DNA of 63,448 bases, counting the filler, from Octopus bimaculoides (lineage: Eukaryota), in the NCBI RefSeq assembly GCF_001194135.2. It is 4 parts of 4 records of this genome, joined end to end, with 100 filler letters (N's around TTAATTAATTAA, not from the genome) between each part and the next. Parts side by side here need not be neighbours in the genome. Positions count along the whole stretch, not along the records: positions 44,914 to 62,147 come from NC_068981.1; positions 62,248 to 63,448 come from NC_069007.1; 2 more parts are not named here. One strand, written 5' to 3'. Made by a program: the position numbers and the translations under genes. The first letter of the stretch is position 1. Every line of letters starts with the position of its first letter. Positions 59,521 to 63,448 of the stretch are shown here, one piece after another. The notes under the pieces are model-generated. The model did no database searches. It was not told the DNA's origin and saw only the letters and a program-made list of their open reading frames with translations.

Positions 59521-61763
59521 AACACACACACACACACACACACACATTAATCGGTTATAAAGTTGCACAGGTGACTCATCGGCCAAGAGCATACTGAATT
59601 GCTAAGTTAGATAATTGCAATGCGTGAAACTCCTGGCCCTTGAGTCCCTTATGTAACTTCAGAGCCAATTAAAATATATAGGTATATGCATATGATAGTA
59701 TGTGTGTTTCAAGATCAATGGAAATAAAATGTTATTCAATGTATATTAAACTGCAATTCAAAATTGTATATTCTATAGTTAAGTGAAATTCAACATATTG
59801 TCTTAGGAAACAACTGCAACAACCAGTCAACATTGAACATTACTATTCACATGGATTACAATAAATATATTTATATTACTTTTGATTTATTATGAGCAAC
59901 ATTTTTGTTCCAACTTTTCCTATAAGGTGAAACATTGAATATTTCTGCATACATTATTCTATTATTGTGCTCCGTAGAGGACATTCTTTTCCATCAACCT
60001 TTTCTTTTTTTTTTTATAAATATATATGTACATATATATATTTCTGAAACTAGATTTTGATTGGTTTATACTCATTATTATTCATGGAAAACATTAACAA
60101 GAGCAAAAATTATGTGATAAATATTACAAAGCAACCCATTTAATTGTTATTTCACGAAGTTGGAACTTATACCACTTCATATTTAACAGAAATTCTTCTC
60201 CAGTTTTGGGAACATTTTTTGAAATAAAATGTCTGAAATTTATTGAAGGTGAAATTTTGGAGCGTAATGTCATTAGGTATATTTATATTAACATATAGAA
60301 AAGAAACGTATTGGGGAAAAGCCAGGCAACCAAAATAAAGGAAAACAATAGAAACGAAGCTTTGTGAAATAAGTTGGAAAGAGAATTTCGAAGTCCTATT
60401 ATTTTGGAAATTAATTGCAAAATGTGGCTACGTGGGGAAAGAACTCCACCGAAAACTCCAAGATGTTGCTTTAAATCTTAATATTGCAGAATGAATATCC
60501 AAATGTTACACTGTTGTCAGTTATACAGGGTTTGTAATTTTTGATATATTCTCTTTTGTCAAAGACATTACTCTGATAATGTTTTCAAAATATATTTAGA
60601 TATATAGAGGCGGAAAACTATCAGAATTGTTAGAGAGCCGGATAGAATGCATTGTTGTATTTGTTCCAGCCGAGGTTAACTTTGCCTTTTTATCTTTTTG
60701 GGCTCGATGAACAGAAGTACCAATCCAGGGCAGTGGATCAGCGGAGCTGTCAGAATACCGGATCAGTATTTTCGGTATTTGCGTTCTGGGATAGATTCTG
60801 TTTAGATACCTAAAAAGCATTCTTACCAAATCTCAGGTCTAGCGTGGTGAGTGAGGCAAATCTTCGAAACAAATGCCAGCATTAAATAGACGCTGCTGCG
60901 TAGAGATAAAAGGAAAGATTCTCCAGCAGGAGCGATATGTACTCCTGTGAATGAATGAATCCTTACGCTGGAAGCCAGTTATATTTTTGGAAAATAGAAA
61001 GCTCTTAACAAAAAACAAACATGTTTCAATAAATATATGATTTATAAAAGTGCAACTAGCTGAATTGATTGTCGACCTACAGATAGAAAATTCTAGTATT
61101 TATACATAGTTACTGCCACTTCACCATGTACCCAGTCAAGAAATTTAATTCTCATTACTCCCATCAACTAAGCCTAACCTCTATCTACCAAAATATAGTC
61201 TCCCCTATTGGGTCAACCCACCGCTACCATATCGTTCACACATCCACAAACTATGCAATTACTCGACTGCCTGATCTCATGTCACTCCCAATCAGTTAAC
61301 TGGTTGGAACTTCACTAGTTCTAAGCTAGTTCTCTCTAGTAGCACCTGCGCTGAACCCCAGGCCCATCAAAAATTGTTTGGCAGTACCTGAAACTCTCAT
61401 GGGAAGAAAATTGCTTGGCAGTACCGGAACTCTCATGGGAAGAAAATTTTGCGGGCGGCTGGACAGATGGACACGATCAGCCCAAAAGGCGGCTGGCCGA
61501 AAAAGGACAACAATACCTTCACCGGACAACAATCACGTGGTAGGAGAGGGGAGGAGTTGAAGAGGGCAGAGAGACTAAGGAATAGGAGAGTGGAGAAGAA
61601 ATCAGAGGGACTAATGAGTGAGAGGGAGGGGAAGAAAGAGAAAAAGGTACAAGAGAGATAAGTGAGGAAGGAAAGCAAAGAGATTAAAGAATAAAGGAGA
61701 AGAGGGAAAGGGATTAAGGAATACGAGAGAGGGAAAATGAAATCAGATGGGCAGAGGAACGAG

Positions 61764-61764
<1 letters not shown>

Positions 61765-61850
<86 letters not shown>
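61765..61850. repeat. (GA)n microsatellite
   Basis: Long perfect GA run. Confidence 0.95.
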
Positions 61851-61855
<5 letters not shown>

Positions 61856-62077
61856 TATATGTATGTGTGTGTGTGTGTGTGTATACCGAAGCATCAAAGC
61901 ACGAACTCCGTTTAAGGGGGTAACGATCGGGTTAAGTAGCGAAACGTTAAGTAGCTTAGAACCGAATCAGACTGTTTTAAATAATACATATTAGATGTGT
62001 TGAGTGCCCTTACCCTTCGCTTGTCCACTCTCTCTGTCTCTCCCTTTCTCTCTCTATATATATACATACATATACAT

Positions 62078-62118
<41 letters not shown>

Positions 62119-62247
62119 TACATACATACATACATGCATATATATATNNNNNNNNNNNNNNNNNNNNNNNNNNNNNNNNNNNNNNNNNNNNTTAATTAAT
62201 TAANNNNNNNNNNNNNNNNNNNNNNNNNNNNNNNNNNNNNNNNNNNN

Positions 62248-62282
<35 letters not shown>

Positions 62283-63276
62283 GTATGTGTATTTATGTAT
62301 ATATACACACGCACTCTTACATGTATGTATATTCATATTTGTGTAGATATTTACTGGCGAGTTATAAAATCTGTAAATTATCTCAATCTTGAACATGACA
62401 AGCAGAAAATAGATTTTACACACTTTTAAACATTGTAGTGTGTTGAGCACTTTTATGGAGGCGCTGGAACCAACAAAATGATAACATTACGTATATGTAT
62501 GTATGTATATATGTATGTATATATATATATATATATCTGTATATATGTTACATTAATTTTCTGTGTACGCAGCGATTCGCTAAATTATCCATAAATTTCA
62601 ATGATAAAAAATATATACTAATAGGGAATTAAATCCGGAATCTGCCGAAGTTGAGGCTGTTTTCTATGATGTGGCAACGGAAATTGCCGAAACTGGCTGT
62701 CAGTATAAAGAATTCTCGAACGGTGTTTTCGGAGAATTACAGTTCCTATCAGTATATATGTATGCCATTACATATGATGGCCGTCACTTGTGAACGAGGA
62801 AGACCATTGCCGACCCTTCTAATTTACGGGAACATAAACACATCAACAGCGATTGACAAGCAGTAATGGTGGGGGGAAAACACAGACACAAAAACACACA
62901 TACACATACATAAATATATACATTATCGAAACTGTCTTTAGAAGGAATTAAATAATGCTTTATCTCAACGGCTGTTTCAAGAAGCCAAGAGTTATGTAAT
63001 AACCATAATTAATAATGCGGAAAATTTCATTTTTTACAGGAAGTGAGGCCTCCCTTTTTCAGGGAAGCTTCGAAAGAGCTCCACGTTTTTGTACGCACAC
63101 GCGTATGCACATATAAACACACGTGCGCGCATGCGCACAGATCTTTCAGAGAATATTCATAACATATAAAATATGTAATTAGATTTTTGAATGTTATCTG
63201 TGCGTGCGTGGGTGTCAAACAGAGAGTATGTGTTAAAAGATATACGTGTATATATAACTGTATAACTATATCCGTG

Positions 63277-63346
63277 TGCCTAGATATAACCTAAGACCAA
63301 ACGATATATATATATATATCGTTTGGTCTTAGGTCATATCTAGGCA
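63277..63346. repeat. 70-bp near-perfect palindrome with (AT)8 centre
   Basis: TGCCTAGATATAACCTAAGACCAAACG-(AT)8-CGTTTGGTCTTAGGTCATATCTAGGCA; one mismatch (63288/63335). Confidence 0.92.
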
Positions 63347-63360
63347 TATATATACATATG

Positions 63361-63448
<88 letters not shown>

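Overview
Repeat-saturated animal nuclear DNA from a gappy draft assembly, with many N runs and three artificial 100-bp gap markers. The SINE repertoire and extreme microsatellite load look cephalopod, most likely Octopus (inference from recalled repeat families, not a database hit). No intact host protein-coding gene can be supported: nearly all long ORFs in the track are microsatellite- or N-derived. Recognisable content is transposon debris: three or four SINE families, RTE, I/Jockey-like and R4-like LINE fragments, Penelope-like elements, mariner and maT remnants, hAT and Tc1/mariner MITEs, a foldback MITE, and Helitron/Helentron-type non-autonomous elements. Main leads: (1) a 9-unit, ~105-bp tandem array at 15.3-16.3 kb whose minus-strand units match much of an HDV/CPEB3-like ribozyme fold, with dispersed relatives at 47.2 and 51.9 kb; (2) a variant minimal hammerhead motif in a Penelope-type repeat at 4.1 kb; (3) a textbook AG|GTAAGT recursive-splice-site-like motif at 41.2 kb, with a candidate first exon 20.7 kb upstream on the same strand; (4) a Helitron-like element nested in a hAT MITE; (5) an unexplained non-repetitive segment at 48.3-50.8 kb with two short intron-like segments.
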